Positions 1 to 9,580 of a stretch of DNA of 31,169 bases are shown here, one piece after another. A program made the translations under genes and the position numbers. Below the pieces are notes generated by a model. The model saw nothing but the letters and a program-made list of their open reading frames with translations. It was not told the origin of the DNA and did no database searches. How positions within the stretch are numbered: the stretch's first letter is position 1; the number at the start of each line of letters is the position of its first letter. The stretch spans positions 1 through 31,169 of IMG/VR virus record IMGVR_UViG_3300027780_000044. One strand, 5' to 3'. Source of the stretch: a virus. Its lineage: Duplodnaviria; Caudoviricetes.

Positions 1-15
1 TCTACAACTTGTCAT
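1..15 (-). CDS. 5' fragment (MTSCR...) of a gene running off the window edge; possibly a UvsW-like helicase
   Basis: ATG at 15-13 overlaps the upstream TGA as ATGA; only 5 codons visible; helicase guess rests on recalled gene context only. Confidence 0.3.
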
Positions 16-1313
16 ATGTTCTCCACTCGATCCTGCCATTTTAAATTGTATCCTGATACAGTACTACCCTGATCATAATACATTACTAAGTCAATTCCAT
101 TTATATATAATTCTGGATTTCTCATTGCTTGTCTAGTTAGCACTAGCGATGCAATAGGGTACCAATCACTTTTGTATAATGGCTTAGGAACTTTATTATT
201 ACTAATATACACTACTTTAGTGTTTTTGTCAACATAATTATTTAACCCCTTGGTATGTATGAATTGGTTAAATTCCCTTGCATATTCAAACTTCTCATTC
301 TCCAATCTAAACATAACACTCATTTGTGAGCTTGGTATGTAGTTTGAAAGTACACTATGGAAGCGATTTAGTTGCGTCATACAAGATGTTTCGTCTAGTA
401 CTACTAGTAACGGAAATCTATCTAACTCGTATAATGTTTGACCAAACTCAGTTACTGGCCAAGTAATATCATTAATACAAACTTCAGTTGTTTTTCTTTC
501 AACAATTAGTGTTGTTAGACTACTACAGTTGTTTGCTCGTAAACTATGTTGTACTTGCTCTTGGTCAAAATATTCTAATCCGTAATAGTTCTTTCTGTCG
601 TAGTACTGATACAGATTGCTTTCAGTTGGTAGTCCTAGGTCTGCTGTTGCACAATCAATGCCGTGCTGTATATAATTAATAAACTTATTATCTTTAATGC
701 CCGGAATATAATTAAAGCTATTCTTATCCATAGTAGTGAGCTCGTTGTATACTGACATTACTGATTCGTCAATGTCAAACTTTTGTTCAAACCGCATAGC
801 AATGTTTACTAACTTCCAAATATATTTTTCAGTTAACGGAAAGAAATGCTTGTGCTTTTCGTAGAAATAATTCTTATCATTACCGTTTTTTAATTCTTCT
901 AGTCTACTAATAACTTTCTTGTTAAACGGAAATCTAATTACAATCATTGTTTCTGTATTGCCGTCTCTACTAACTTCTTCTAACTTAACCCAATGCGAAC
1001 TATCTAACTTTCTAATTGGTAATCGTAGATTATCTAAATGGTCCTTAATAGCAATATTATGTTTAGCAAACTGTTCAGCATAGTATTCAACTAGTAATTT
1101 CTTAACTAGCTCGTGCTGTTTGTGCGTTAGTGCAGTACCACGAAACACTTGTTTAGCAATACTAAACATGATTCTATGGTTATCTTCATGCAACGTAAAC
1201 GAATGTAGGTCATGTAATTCAGGATTGGTACTAAACTTAAAGTTACTAATACTAGCAACTAGTTCTACGCAATCTTCAACGGTGAGATCATTGATGTCAT
1301 TTGTTTGCTTCAT
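12..1313 (-). CDS. hypothetical phage protein, 433 aa
   Basis: Long ORF with its own sigma70-type promoter; no firmly recognised motif. Confidence 0.8.
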   Translation of the reverse strand: MKQTNDINDLTVEDCVELVASISNFKFSTNPELHDLHSFTLHEDNHRIMFSIAKQVFRGTALTHKQHELVKKLLVEYYAEQFAKHNIAIKDHLDNLRLPIRKLDSSHWVKLEEVSRDGNTETMIVIRFPFNKKVISRLEELKNGNDKNYFYEKHKHFFPLTEKYIWKLVNIAMRFEQKFDIDESVMSVYNELTTMDKNSFNYIPGIKDNKFINYIQHGIDCATADLGLPTESNLYQYYDRKNYYGLEYFDQEQVQHSLRANNCSSLTTLIVERKTTEVCINDITWPVTEFGQTLYELDRFPLLVVLDETSCMTQLNRFHSVLSNYIPSSQMSVMFRLENEKFEYAREFNQFIHTKGLNNYVDKNTKVVYISNNKVPKPLYKSDWYPIASLVLTRQAMRNPELYINGIDLVMYYDQGSTVSGYNLKWQDRVENI

Positions 1314-1319
1314 ACAACT

Positions 1320-1348
1320 ATTATACTAGGTTATAGCTCAGAAGTCAA
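1320..1348 (-). promoter_or_regulatory. sigma70-type (early) promoter
   Basis: TTGACT-N17-TATAAT, then 6 nt to the ATG at 1313. Confidence 0.85.
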
Positions 1349-2182
1349 GTGTTTTAGTGGAATACCTTGGCTTATTTCTTCCAAAGTATATTCTGTGTGG
1401 GCGTAGTCGTTAAGCCATTGTTGCCTATCTGGCATAAGAGGTTGTTCTATATCGTGTAGGAAGTCTATGTCATTACTGGCGTCATACGCTAACGATGCGG
1501 TACCTACAAACGCTGGAATGCCGTTAATGATACTATGCACACCCGGGTTGCTAGAGTAGCTTAAAGTAGCGTGTGCGTTGTTAAACTGCATGTCAAAATC
1601 GTCATATGTTCCGCTAAGTTTTTTTGGTTGTTCCCTATAGACATTTTTAAATTCGTGTTCAATGTTTGGTAATGGGCAACGAGGATGAGGTCTAAATATA
1701 ATAGGACGTTTGCTGTATGCTTGGAGAGTTGTAATAGCTTCAATTACCCATTTACTTTGTACGGGCATTCCTACCCATTGTAAACTCTTGTCATGTTGGG
1801 CACATAGAAGAATATGTTCTCCTTGTGTACGCCAAGGCTTTAATGTTAACCCCAGTGATAGTACGCGAGTATCGTCATTGCTATCAGGCCCAAAGTAAGC
1901 GTCTCTGTTAATTCCATTTAGTCCTACCTTCCATGTTGTGCCACGTTGTATGCCACCAACTTCTAAAACTATTACTGGTTTATTTAATGCTCGGAAGTGA
2001 TGCCAAACTTTTTGGTTTCCAGCCATCCTACCATGCCAAAGCACACTCCATATAACAGCAACATCGCTATCATAATCATTGTAAGTAACGGTATGACCAC
2101 TAGCAAACAAACTGTTTGTAAAAGCATCAAAAATTGGTTTGCTATTGAGTGCGCCATTATCTGTCCATAAACTAAACTTCAT
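1331..2182 (-). CDS. GT-B glycosyltransferase-like protein, capsule polysaccharide synthesis (KpsS/KpsC-like)
   Basis: LLCAQ...D, IIFRPHP and YSSNPGVHSIINGIP motifs; paralog of the two ORFs at 2984-4926. Confidence 0.65.
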   Translation of the reverse strand: MKFSLWTDNGALNSKPIFDAFTNSLFASGHTVTYNDYDSDVAVIWSVLWHGRMAGNQKVWHHFRALNKPVIVLEVGGIQRGTTWKVGLNGINRDAYFGPDSNDDTRVLSLGLTLKPWRTQGEHILLCAQHDKSLQWVGMPVQSKWVIEAITTLQAYSKRPIIFRPHPRCPLPNIEHEFKNVYREQPKKLSGTYDDFDMQFNNAHATLSYSSNPGVHSIINGIPAFVGTASLAYDASNDIDFLHDIEQPLMPDRQQWLNDYAHTEYTLEEISQGIPLKHLTSEL

Positions 2183-2987
2183 TCCAATATGTTTCGCTCC
2201 GTGGTTGTAAAAGGTCCTTCTTTCGACTTCTACCTTCTTCTTTTCTTACACCCTTAAGGTGATCAAACCATGCTCCGAGCTCGCAATTAATTAACGGGTG
2301 TCCTTCTCCGTTTACAAGATGTCCACTAAAGTCTTTAATGTTAGGGTGCTTTATTCTAATCTTTTTTAAGACTTCATCAAACACATAACTATCATGCCAC
2401 TCTTCCATTTTAAAGATGCCGTCATCATGTTCTTCGTACACTCTTTCAAACTCTTTTAAAAATGCATCAGCACCAGGAGTTCGTAGGGTAAGTCCATACC
2501 AACCACACTCTGGCCATTTTTTCATTCTACCTAAGTAGTGTAACCATTGTGATGCAGGTACTAAGTTTCTAAACTCGCCATATGTAATAGGACTGTGTAC
2601 ATACGTGTCACCATCAATCCAAACTAAAATATCTGTTTCAAGATCCTGTGCGGCTTCAAATACTGCATACGTTTTGTTTGCAAACCGTACTGCGTCCCAC
2701 TTAAATTCTTTGTGATGATCTCTAGGACGTCTTGCAGGCCACGGACATTTACCGTTTGCTTTAGGATCATTCTTGTGTCGTTCCTTAAATGCATTAAGTT
2801 TTGGTAACGCTTGTTTAGCATCAACAACAACAATGTTTGCGCCTGGTGGAACTACAGGAATACAATCTTCTGCATATACTATTAACTTTATTGCTGGGTG
2901 AACATTCTTTGCCCAACTATCAATAAGACGTTGACCGTACTGTTCAAGTCCCGGTTGGTGGAAAGTTGTTATACATTTTATTCTCAT
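2172..2987 (-). CDS. GT-A (DXD) nucleotide-diphospho-sugar transferase
   Basis: LVWIDGDT DXD motif, EWHDSYVFD, DHLKG; start MRIKCITT chosen from ATGA overlap at 2984-2987. Confidence 0.75.
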   Translation of the reverse strand: MRIKCITTFHQPGLEQYGQRLIDSWAKNVHPAIKLIVYAEDCIPVVPPGANIVVVDAKQALPKLNAFKERHKNDPKANGKCPWPARRPRDHHKEFKWDAVRFANKTYAVFEAAQDLETDILVWIDGDTYVHSPITYGEFRNLVPASQWLHYLGRMKKWPECGWYGLTLRTPGADAFLKEFERVYEEHDDGIFKMEEWHDSYVFDEVLKKIRIKHPNIKDFSGHLVNGEGHPLINCELGAWFDHLKGVRKEEGRSRKKDLLQPRSETYWNEV

Positions 2988-3922
2988 TTTACGTACCTTT
3001 TCATCCACTGCCATGCTTCACCACTTTTCAAATCTGCGAAGCTCCAATGGCATTGTGATATTTTTCTAATCCAAACTTCTCTGTCTAATGCTCTTAATTT
3101 GTTTAACGCATCAAGTCTTTGAAAGCAAACTTCTTGTACTTGGCTTGCTCTAAAGTCTTCACATATAACAGGAACTCCTTCAATAACACTTGCTACACCT
3201 GGGCTACTGTTGTACACAATAGAACAAAATGCTGTTTGTAAATCTGCTACTATTTCCTTTTCAAAACTAATTCTAATGTTATCACCAACAATTTTCTTTA
3301 CATACTCAGGTGCTTTTTTATCGCCTGGGTGAGGTCTAATTACAATAGGTCTAGTTGTGTGTTGTCTAATTTCTGCAATCTTTGTATTAGCCCAAGTAAC
3401 AACATCTTTACCTTTCATACTCCAACCGCCATTGCGTTGTAAGCATAGTAATATGTTATCCTTGTCAGCATAGTTCCAAGGCTTTAACTTAACACCAAGG
3501 TCACGTTGTATTTTTGTCCACTGCTCATCGCCCGGACTGTCATTACAATATTCAGCTGTGTCAGCAAACACACCATCAAAACTATATCGTAAGTAATGAT
3601 GAGGTTCGTTAACTTTTGCTTTATATAAAAACAAGTTACTGTCTGCTGTAATAAATCTCTTGTTAGCTGTGTTAGCCGCAATGCTTCTACGTAAGTTAAT
3701 GTGTGGAACGTGGGCACTATTTTCGTGCATGTATCCTTGCATTACTGCTACGTCACATTGCATTACATCAAAGCCATCATATACTAATCCGTTATCACCA
3801 CTTACTCTAACACCCGAGACAAAGTTTCTAATAATATCTAACTTGTGGTTAGGCTTAAAAGGTTTATTAACTTTGTTTTTATTTCCAGGCGGAATAACTT
3901 TAGTGTAACCTATGACTCTCAT
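2984..3922 (-). CDS. GT-B glycosyltransferase-like protein (KpsS/KpsC-like)
   Basis: ILLCLQR, IVIRPHPGD, YNSSPGVASVIEGVPV; start MRVIGY from ATGA overlap at 3919-3922. Confidence 0.65.
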   Translation of the reverse strand: MRVIGYTKVIPPGNKNKVNKPFKPNHKLDIIRNFVSGVRVSGDNGLVYDGFDVMQCDVAVMQGYMHENSAHVPHINLRRSIAANTANKRFITADSNLFLYKAKVNEPHHYLRYSFDGVFADTAEYCNDSPGDEQWTKIQRDLGVKLKPWNYADKDNILLCLQRNGGWSMKGKDVVTWANTKIAEIRQHTTRPIVIRPHPGDKKAPEYVKKIVGDNIRISFEKEIVADLQTAFCSIVYNSSPGVASVIEGVPVICEDFRASQVQEVCFQRLDALNKLRALDREVWIRKISQCHWSFADLKSGEAWQWMKRYVK

Positions 3923-4926
3923 TTGATTACGCTCCAAGCATAGCCACTTAACATTTCGTCATATGTAAATTGGTTGTTTGCCAAGTATCTACACAAGTAT
4001 GTTAATTGTTTACGTCCTGGATGTTCTACAAATTCGATTCTACTAATTTTTTGTTCACAAATATCTTGAGCACAATTTGGCCCTAATGTTATTGCAGGTT
4101 TACCATAAACCATTGCTTCAAGTGCGGCAATACTATTATATGTTACTAAGCAATGTACATCGTCTGCAAGTGCCTGTTCCATTGTGTTTACACTTACACG
4201 ATCTTCTCTACTTGGCTTCTTGCGTACTTGTACTGGCCTTGACGTATGCTTTCTAATACTAGCAACTGTTTCAGCAATCCATTGCTCTAAGTCTTTATCA
4301 AAGTATTTCATTACTTTTTCACTTGGAGGAACTACTAGTATTTTACGTCCTGGTGTTGCATCTTTAAATGGAATAGCCAACGAATTAAAACGTCCGCCAC
4401 TATACCACTTGTCTGATCCAGGTTGCTCTCTGTCAGGCATGTGTAAATTTTGTAGTGCATTTTTTGCAATTCTATGATAAGTCTTTTTACCGTTTGGGTT
4501 ACGTGTGCTAGGATTGTTACCTATATAACCCGTGTCCATAAAGTAAAACTCTCTACCTCGTTCAATACACATTTTGATTAGTTTTTGTTTTCCTAATCCT
4601 CTTACTAGTAACGGAGTATCATCATCCCAGTCAACATCGTCAGCACGGATATATTTTCCGCCACTGCCTAATGCCATACCCATTACAAACGAGTCAATAA
4701 GACCAAATGATCCTTTAACTTTCTTTTCAACTTTTTTAATTCCGCTGTCAACACAAATAACAGGAGGATTCTTTACGTCCTGGAATACTTCTGAAACTGC
4801 TTCAACAGCATGCCTCTGTTCTCCAGTTGCAACGCTGTGTAAGATTTTATCAACCATTACTTTTAAATGTGGTAATATCACTCTTGTATCCCACTCACCA
4901 GTATTTTGTACAATCTCTTCTCCCAT
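3919..4926 (-). CDS. GT-B glycosyltransferase-like protein (KpsS/KpsC-like)
   Basis: ILVVPPS, VRKKP, VTYNSIAALEAMVYGKP. Confidence 0.6.
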   Translation of the reverse strand: MGEEIVQNTGEWDTRVILPHLKVMVDKILHSVATGEQRHAVEAVSEVFQDVKNPPVICVDSGIKKVEKKVKGSFGLIDSFVMGMALGSGGKYIRADDVDWDDDTPLLVRGLGKQKLIKMCIERGREFYFMDTGYIGNNPSTRNPNGKKTYHRIAKNALQNLHMPDREQPGSDKWYSGGRFNSLAIPFKDATPGRKILVVPPSEKVMKYFDKDLEQWIAETVASIRKHTSRPVQVRKKPSREDRVSVNTMEQALADDVHCLVTYNSIAALEAMVYGKPAITLGPNCAQDICEQKISRIEFVEHPGRKQLTYLCRYLANNQFTYDEMLSGYAWSVIK

Positions 4927-4927
4927 G

Positions 4928-5623
4928 TTAAACCTCCATCATTTGATACAAGCACTTCTTCCATAATTGATTATATTGACAATGTCTGTAGTTTTCAAAC
5001 CACGGACCGCCCTCAGTATAATGAATTAACTTAGGTGTGCCGTCTTGTGGTTCGCTGTAGTGTCCTACCAGCCAATTCCATTCAGGTGACAGGTTACCAA
5101 TTAAGCTGTCATCGTTTAGCCAACTAAAGCGATGCAAATACGCACCGTTAATCTCTGGCTCGTTAACTAAATCCATTGTTAGTCTTTTATTAGCAGGATG
5201 TCCACAGTTAATAAGCATCATGCTTGACCAATTCTTACGTGGATAAACAGTTTGCACTTGTCCATCCATCTTAATACCTTCTTTAGGTTCATAGTCGTGT
5301 TGCACACACATTACTGCTTTTGTATCATCTGCTTGTGCAAACAACTCTGCAATATCTGTAGTAAGTAACATATCACAATCCATGAATACTGCCCAACCAT
5401 CAAAGTTAGCAAGTTCCGGAACTAGGAAGCGAGTAAACGTAAACTCAGTACTTGCTAGTTTATCATTACCTCTATGATACCAACCTTGATCTCTTAGAGT
5501 GCTTTGTTTTAACGGATATACTTTTGCATTTGGACTATGCTGTTCAATGCTGAACTTGCATACTTGGTATGCCATATCTTCTCTAGTGTCGTACCCAATA
5601 TATACTCTAAAATCGTTGTTCAT
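4928..5623 (-). CDS. GT8-like glycosyltransferase
   Basis: IGYD, STEFTFTRFLVP, FMDCDM (DXD), YPRKNWSS, HYTEGGPWF. Confidence 0.85.
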   Translation of the reverse strand: MNNDFRVYIGYDTREDMAYQVCKFSIEQHSPNAKVYPLKQSTLRDQGWYHRGNDKLASTEFTFTRFLVPELANFDGWAVFMDCDMLLTTDIAELFAQADDTKAVMCVQHDYEPKEGIKMDGQVQTVYPRKNWSSMMLINCGHPANKRLTMDLVNEPEINGAYLHRFSWLNDDSLIGNLSPEWNWLVGHYSEPQDGTPKLIHYTEGGPWFENYRHCQYNQLWKKCLYQMMEV

Positions 5624-6294
5624 GCTTGTGTCTTTCTTATATAAACTGCCGTGGCATCAATAGTATGTATCTCTTGAGTGTTGCCAAACACCTCATGAAA
5701 GGCTTTACTACTACCTCTCCAACTATTGTAATCGTCCAAAACCATTATTCCTCCTACACTAAGCCTAGGCCATAGTGTTAATATCTCTTGTAAAGTACTC
5801 TCATACCAATCAGTATCTAACCGTAATAGTGCAATAGTGTTTGGTAAATTAGTGTCATCTAAAAGTGTTTCTTCTACAGGACCTTTAATAAAATTACATT
5901 GATGTGGCGGAATATAATTGAATACATTTGTACTAACTTCTCCAATCTCTGCTCTACACCACTGATCAAATCCATGCTTTGCTTTCTTACTATGCTTTGC
6001 ATATTTTACATCGCCGTCTGTTGTAATTTTATGATCATGTACAGTTGGTAATGTCATTCCTTCAAATGTATCAAACAACCAAAAGTTTCTTTTAGTTTTA
6101 GCATTAGCCAACCAAGCACTAATAATATGACCGCCTTTCCACACACCACACTCAACAATGTCACCTGGAATATTATTTGCATCAAGTTCTCTAACTGCTC
6201 TTACAGTCTGAGTGATACGTTGTCCACTAGTCATTGTAAATGGTTTAGCTTCTTCAACAATCCTTAATTCTTTTTTAGTTGGTATGAAATCCAT
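5620..6294 (-). CDS. TylF/MycF/NovP-family sugar O-methyltransferase
   Basis: PGDIVECGVWKGG, LFDTFEG, LRLDTDWYEST, LDDY; start at 6294 follows the upstream TAG (track start 6333 is possible). Confidence 0.9.
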   Translation of the reverse strand: MDFIPTKKELRIVEEAKPFTMTSGQRITQTVRAVRELDANNIPGDIVECGVWKGGHIISAWLANAKTKRNFWLFDTFEGMTLPTVHDHKITTDGDVKYAKHSKKAKHGFDQWCRAEIGEVSTNVFNYIPPHQCNFIKGPVEETLLDDTNLPNTIALLRLDTDWYESTLQEILTLWPRLSVGGIMVLDDYNSWRGSSKAFHEVFGNTQEIHTIDATAVYIRKTQA

Positions 6295-6295
6295 A

Positions 6296-7126
6296 CTATA
6301 CTGGAGCTCCTTCATGCCATTCATAAGCATCACTTCCGCTATCAGTATACCGTCTTTCTATATCTTCTTCAACACATTCAGTACCACGTTGTATTTCTAA
6401 TATGTGTGCATTAACTGTTAGTGATGGATTACTTGGTAAGTGCCATACTTCTTTATTGATTTCATAAGGAACACTCTTTGGTGTTAGGTAAACAATTTCT
6501 TGTCTGTCCTCCCACTCAGTTACCATTTTAACTTCGCCTTCAAGTATGTTCCATTGCTCTGCACGTTTAAAATGTTTTTGATCACTTAGTGCTTTGCCAG
6601 GGTATATTACAAGCTCTTTTACTTTGTAACCTTCATCGGGTTTGTCATCTAGTACACGCCAATACCCCCAATCACGTTCAGTCTTTTGTGTCTTCCATTC
6701 GTCTAATATCCAACTACTTGAATTCATTTTGTCCTCTCCGCCAACACCAAAGACGAAGCTAACCTTTGGGTCATGCAAGTAGTCTTCCATCTCTGGAATG
6801 TTGTCTGCTGTTCTATCCCCACCATTAGCAAAGACGACTTCGTCTTGACCTCCGATAGTTGATTGTAAGTGATGGATAGCGCCGCTGGCACTATTGAATT
6901 TGTCATCGTTTAAGCAAAGTACTACACGATCGACAATACCAAGTTCGCTAATAATAGCAACTCGATCTTTAAAGGGCATAAATGGCCGACCCTTTTTTTG
7001 AGTCAGCCATTCATCTGAGTTTAATCCAACAACTAGTTGATCACCAAGTTGTTTCGCGGCCTTAAAGTATTCTATATGGCCTGAGTGTAGTGGATCGAAT
7101 CCACCTGTTACTAGTACGTATTTCAT
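6296..7126 (-). CDS. cytidylyltransferase-like (HxGH) domain fused to a type II mannose-6-phosphate-isomerase-like cupin
   Basis: TGGFDPLHSGH, GLNSDEWL, FANGGDR, KMNSSSWIL; C-terminal RDWGYWRVL...LSDQKHFKRAEQW...EEDIER. Confidence 0.85.
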   Translation of the reverse strand: MKYVLVTGGFDPLHSGHIEYFKAAKQLGDQLVVGLNSDEWLTQKKGRPFMPFKDRVAIISELGIVDRVVLCLNDDKFNSASGAIHHLQSTIGGQDEVVFANGGDRTADNIPEMEDYLHDPKVSFVFGVGGEDKMNSSSWILDEWKTQKTERDWGYWRVLDDKPDEGYKVKELVIYPGKALSDQKHFKRAEQWNILEGEVKMVTEWEDRQEIVYLTPKSVPYEINKEVWHLPSNPSLTVNAHILEIQRGTECVEEDIERRYTDSGSDAYEWHEGAPV

Positions 7127-7131
7127 ACTAG

Positions 7132-7137
7132 TATTTA
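7132..7137 (-). promoter_or_regulatory. late-promoter-like box heading the glycan operon
   Basis: TAAATA-CTAGT-ATG; same box as at structural genes. Confidence 0.6.
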
Positions 7138-7141
7138 AACT

Positions 7142-7726
7142 TTAGCGATTTACTGTTTGTATATACTGGATTACATTTTCGGGAGTTGATACAACATATG
7201 GGTCATCATCAGATCCATCATTGTTATATCCTGGTTCAATGAAGCTTTCGTTAACAATCATGTTCTCAATATACATAGCATATCTCCATGACCTGTTAGC
7301 AAAACCTAAATGCTTCTTATTGCACAACATGCCAAGGCCGAATGTAAAGTCTGCATTACCGTCTGCTAGTAATTTAACTTTGGTACAACCTAGTTCTTTA
7401 GCCCATGCATTCATTACAAATGCATCGTTAACACTTACACAATAGACTTCGTCCACGCCTAGTGCTTTAAACTCGTCATACATTTTTTCGTATGTTGGTA
7501 GTTGTTCTGAACTACATGTTGGGGTAAATGCACCCGGAAGTCCAAAGATAACAACTTTCTTATTTGCAAATAACTCTGCACTAGATTTGTTAACCCATGT
7601 TCCGCCAATAGCACAACCACCATCGTCACCAACTTCATCACCTTCACGAAGAACGAAGTTGACTGTTGCGGGTATCGTATCCCACTTTTCAATTATTTTC
7701 TTTTCACCTGGTAATTGGTAACTCAT
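7142..7726 (-). CDS. peroxiredoxin (Prx5/redoxin family)
   Basis: GLPGAFTPTCS, CVSVNDAFVMNAW, LADGN, RSWRY. Confidence 0.95.
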   Translation of the reverse strand: MSYQLPGEKKIIEKWDTIPATVNFVLREGDEVGDDGGCAIGGTWVNKSSAELFANKKVVIFGLPGAFTPTCSSEQLPTYEKMYDEFKALGVDEVYCVSVNDAFVMNAWAKELGCTKVKLLADGNADFTFGLGMLCNKKHLGFANRSWRYAMYIENMIVNESFIEPGYNNDGSDDDPYVVSTPENVIQYIQTVNR

Positions 7727-7740
7727 TTTTCTTCCTATTG

Positions 7741-8196
7741 TTATAAACTAGCATCTTCCATGCCAGCTACTCTTAATTTAACTATGTTTGTAAGTTGCCA
7801 TTGCTTTTGATCAAGTGCTTTACAAACACCTAACCACTTGTTACGCATAAGTGCAAACTCATTAATAATCTTTTCGTAGTCGACAACGTCCGATTCGCCG
7901 TCTACGTATTTTTCGCAATCACGACTTGACAATGCTCTTGCATAGCTTTCTAAGTATTTTCTAAAAAAGCTACTTCGAAGTCTACGTAATTCAATGTTCA
8001 GGTATTCTAATATTGCTTCGAGCTCTTGTAACTGATTGAATCGTTGCTCAACCATTCCCGGCATCTCTGCCGCGGCTCTTTCAACATTACCTTTAATTTT
8101 GCATTCCATTCGCGCCTGGATCAATTCATTCTCGTAATGATCAATTGCTTTTGGAATGTTGCTAATGTCTCTAGCAATATCAGAATACCATCCCAT
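7741..8196 (-). CDS. uvsY: UvsY recombination mediator
   Basis: Helical 151 aa, LSSRDCEKYVDGE and KQWQLTNIVKLR pattern; near uvsX and gp32. Confidence 0.7.
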   Translation of the reverse strand: MGWYSDIARDISNIPKAIDHYENELIQARMECKIKGNVERAAAEMPGMVEQRFNQLQELEAILEYLNIELRRLRSSFFRKYLESYARALSSRDCEKYVDGESDVVDYEKIINEFALMRNKWLGVCKALDQKQWQLTNIVKLRVAGMEDASL

Positions 8197-8426
8197 TAGT
8201 ATTCTTCCACTTCGTCTTCGTCTACGTCGACATCTTCTTCGAGATAGTAACCAATCGCTTTGTCTAAGTTAGCATCAGAGCCAAGTGCATCTCTAAACGC
8301 TTCGTCGGTACTACCAATGTCAGCACATAGATCAACATATTTTTCTGCTACTGTTTCGATGTGCTTCTTGTCTAAGTACTCTTTAAACACTTGCCACACT
8401 TCGATAATATCTGAACCTGAATCCAA
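8196..8426 (-). CDS. small acidic hypothetical protein, TTG start
   Basis: AAGGAG SD before TTG; stop overlaps the uvsY start (TAATG). Confidence 0.75.
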   Translation of the reverse strand: MDSGSDIIEVWQVFKEYLDKKHIETVAEKYVDLCADIGSTDEAFRDALGSDANLDKAIGYYLEEDVDVDEDEVEEY

Positions 8427-8460
8427 TTTATACTCCTTAGTTTACGTTATACGAATATAG

Positions 8461-9555
8461 TTATTCGTTTGGTTGATCTTCAACATCGGTTTCGACTTCG
8501 TCGTCTTCAACTTCAGGACTTTCTTTAGCCTTTGCAAGTTTAGCGGCAAAGTCTACCATAATTGTGTCAAGAGCGTCACCGCCTGCTTCCCACACTTTAC
8601 GATACTCTTTGATCTCTTCACCTGTAGAGTCTGTGTACCTTAGTCTGTTTCCGTCTTTAACAAGCATTCCTTTTTTCTCAAACAAGTCAACTAAACCACT
8701 GTATGGGTTCATACCTGTTTCATAAGGAATTTTAACTTGTACGCCTTCGAACGGTTTTGCATAACGAGTTTTCATTACTTTACAACCAGCTCTAATACCA
8801 CGTACTTCGCTTATCTTGTTACCGTCTTGATCTTCTTTTAACTTCATTTTCTTCATTGCAACAACAATACTTGATGCATAGATAAAGCCTTGACCACCTG
8901 ATATCTTATCGTCTGGGTCAAACATATCTTGTGAAGCGTATGTGTGATTAGTACAAACTAATCCTACGTTACAACTACCAATCATGTTAACAGTATTACG
9001 GACTAATGAAGTTAGTGCTTTAGGCTTACGACCCATATCACCTTTCATATCACCCTTGTTAAACTGGTCAACATCTGTAGGTGTAAGTAACATACCTAAA
9101 CTGTCAACTACAAACAAAATCTTAGGACGTTCTTCGTCTGGCATTGTTTTATAGTCAATCATAAACGTACTAATAGTTTTAGCAACGTCATCAATCATTG
9201 ACATGTTTAGTTTAAGAAGTTTATCTTCTGATGTATCAACATCGAGAGCTTTAAGCCAACTCTCATCAAGTGCGTTCTCTGAGTCAATTAAGACTACAAA
9301 GATACCTTGATCTTGTGCCGCTTTTACAATGTTACCTGCACAGATATAACTTTTACCTGCACCAGATTCTCCTGCAAAAACAGTAACCTTACCTAGTGGA
9401 ACACCTTTGTGAAAGTCGCCACTAATAAGATAATTTAAGGCATAGTTACCTGTACTAATCCAATCAGTTGGATCGTTAAATCCACTACTCATGCCTGTGA
9501 TTGATTTAGTTAAGTTTTTACGAAACTTAGAAACGTCAAATGCTTTATTAGCCAT
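8461..9555 (-). CDS. uvsX: UvsX / RecA-like recombinase
   Basis: Walker A GESGAGKS, IDSENA, VVDSLG, GDMGRK, NHTY, ISGGQG. Confidence 0.95.
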   Translation of the reverse strand: MANKAFDVSKFRKNLTKSITGMSSGFNDPTDWISTGNYALNYLISGDFHKGVPLGKVTVFAGESGAGKSYICAGNIVKAAQDQGIFVVLIDSENALDESWLKALDVDTSEDKLLKLNMSMIDDVAKTISTFMIDYKTMPDEERPKILFVVDSLGMLLTPTDVDQFNKGDMKGDMGRKPKALTSLVRNTVNMIGSCNVGLVCTNHTYASQDMFDPDDKISGGQGFIYASSIVVAMKKMKLKEDQDGNKISEVRGIRAGCKVMKTRYAKPFEGVQVKIPYETGMNPYSGLVDLFEKKGMLVKDGNRLRYTDSTGEEIKEYRKVWEAGGDALDTIMVDFAAKLAKAKESPEVEDDEVETDVEDQPNE

Positions 9556-9580
9556 TGTATCTCCTTATCAGATTATTCCA

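Noticed and set aside
1331-7126. DNA hypermodification (glucosyl-hmC type) cluster
   Set aside because: No hydroxymethylase or thymidylate-synthase-like gene in the window and the operon has a late-type box; disfavoured but not excluded
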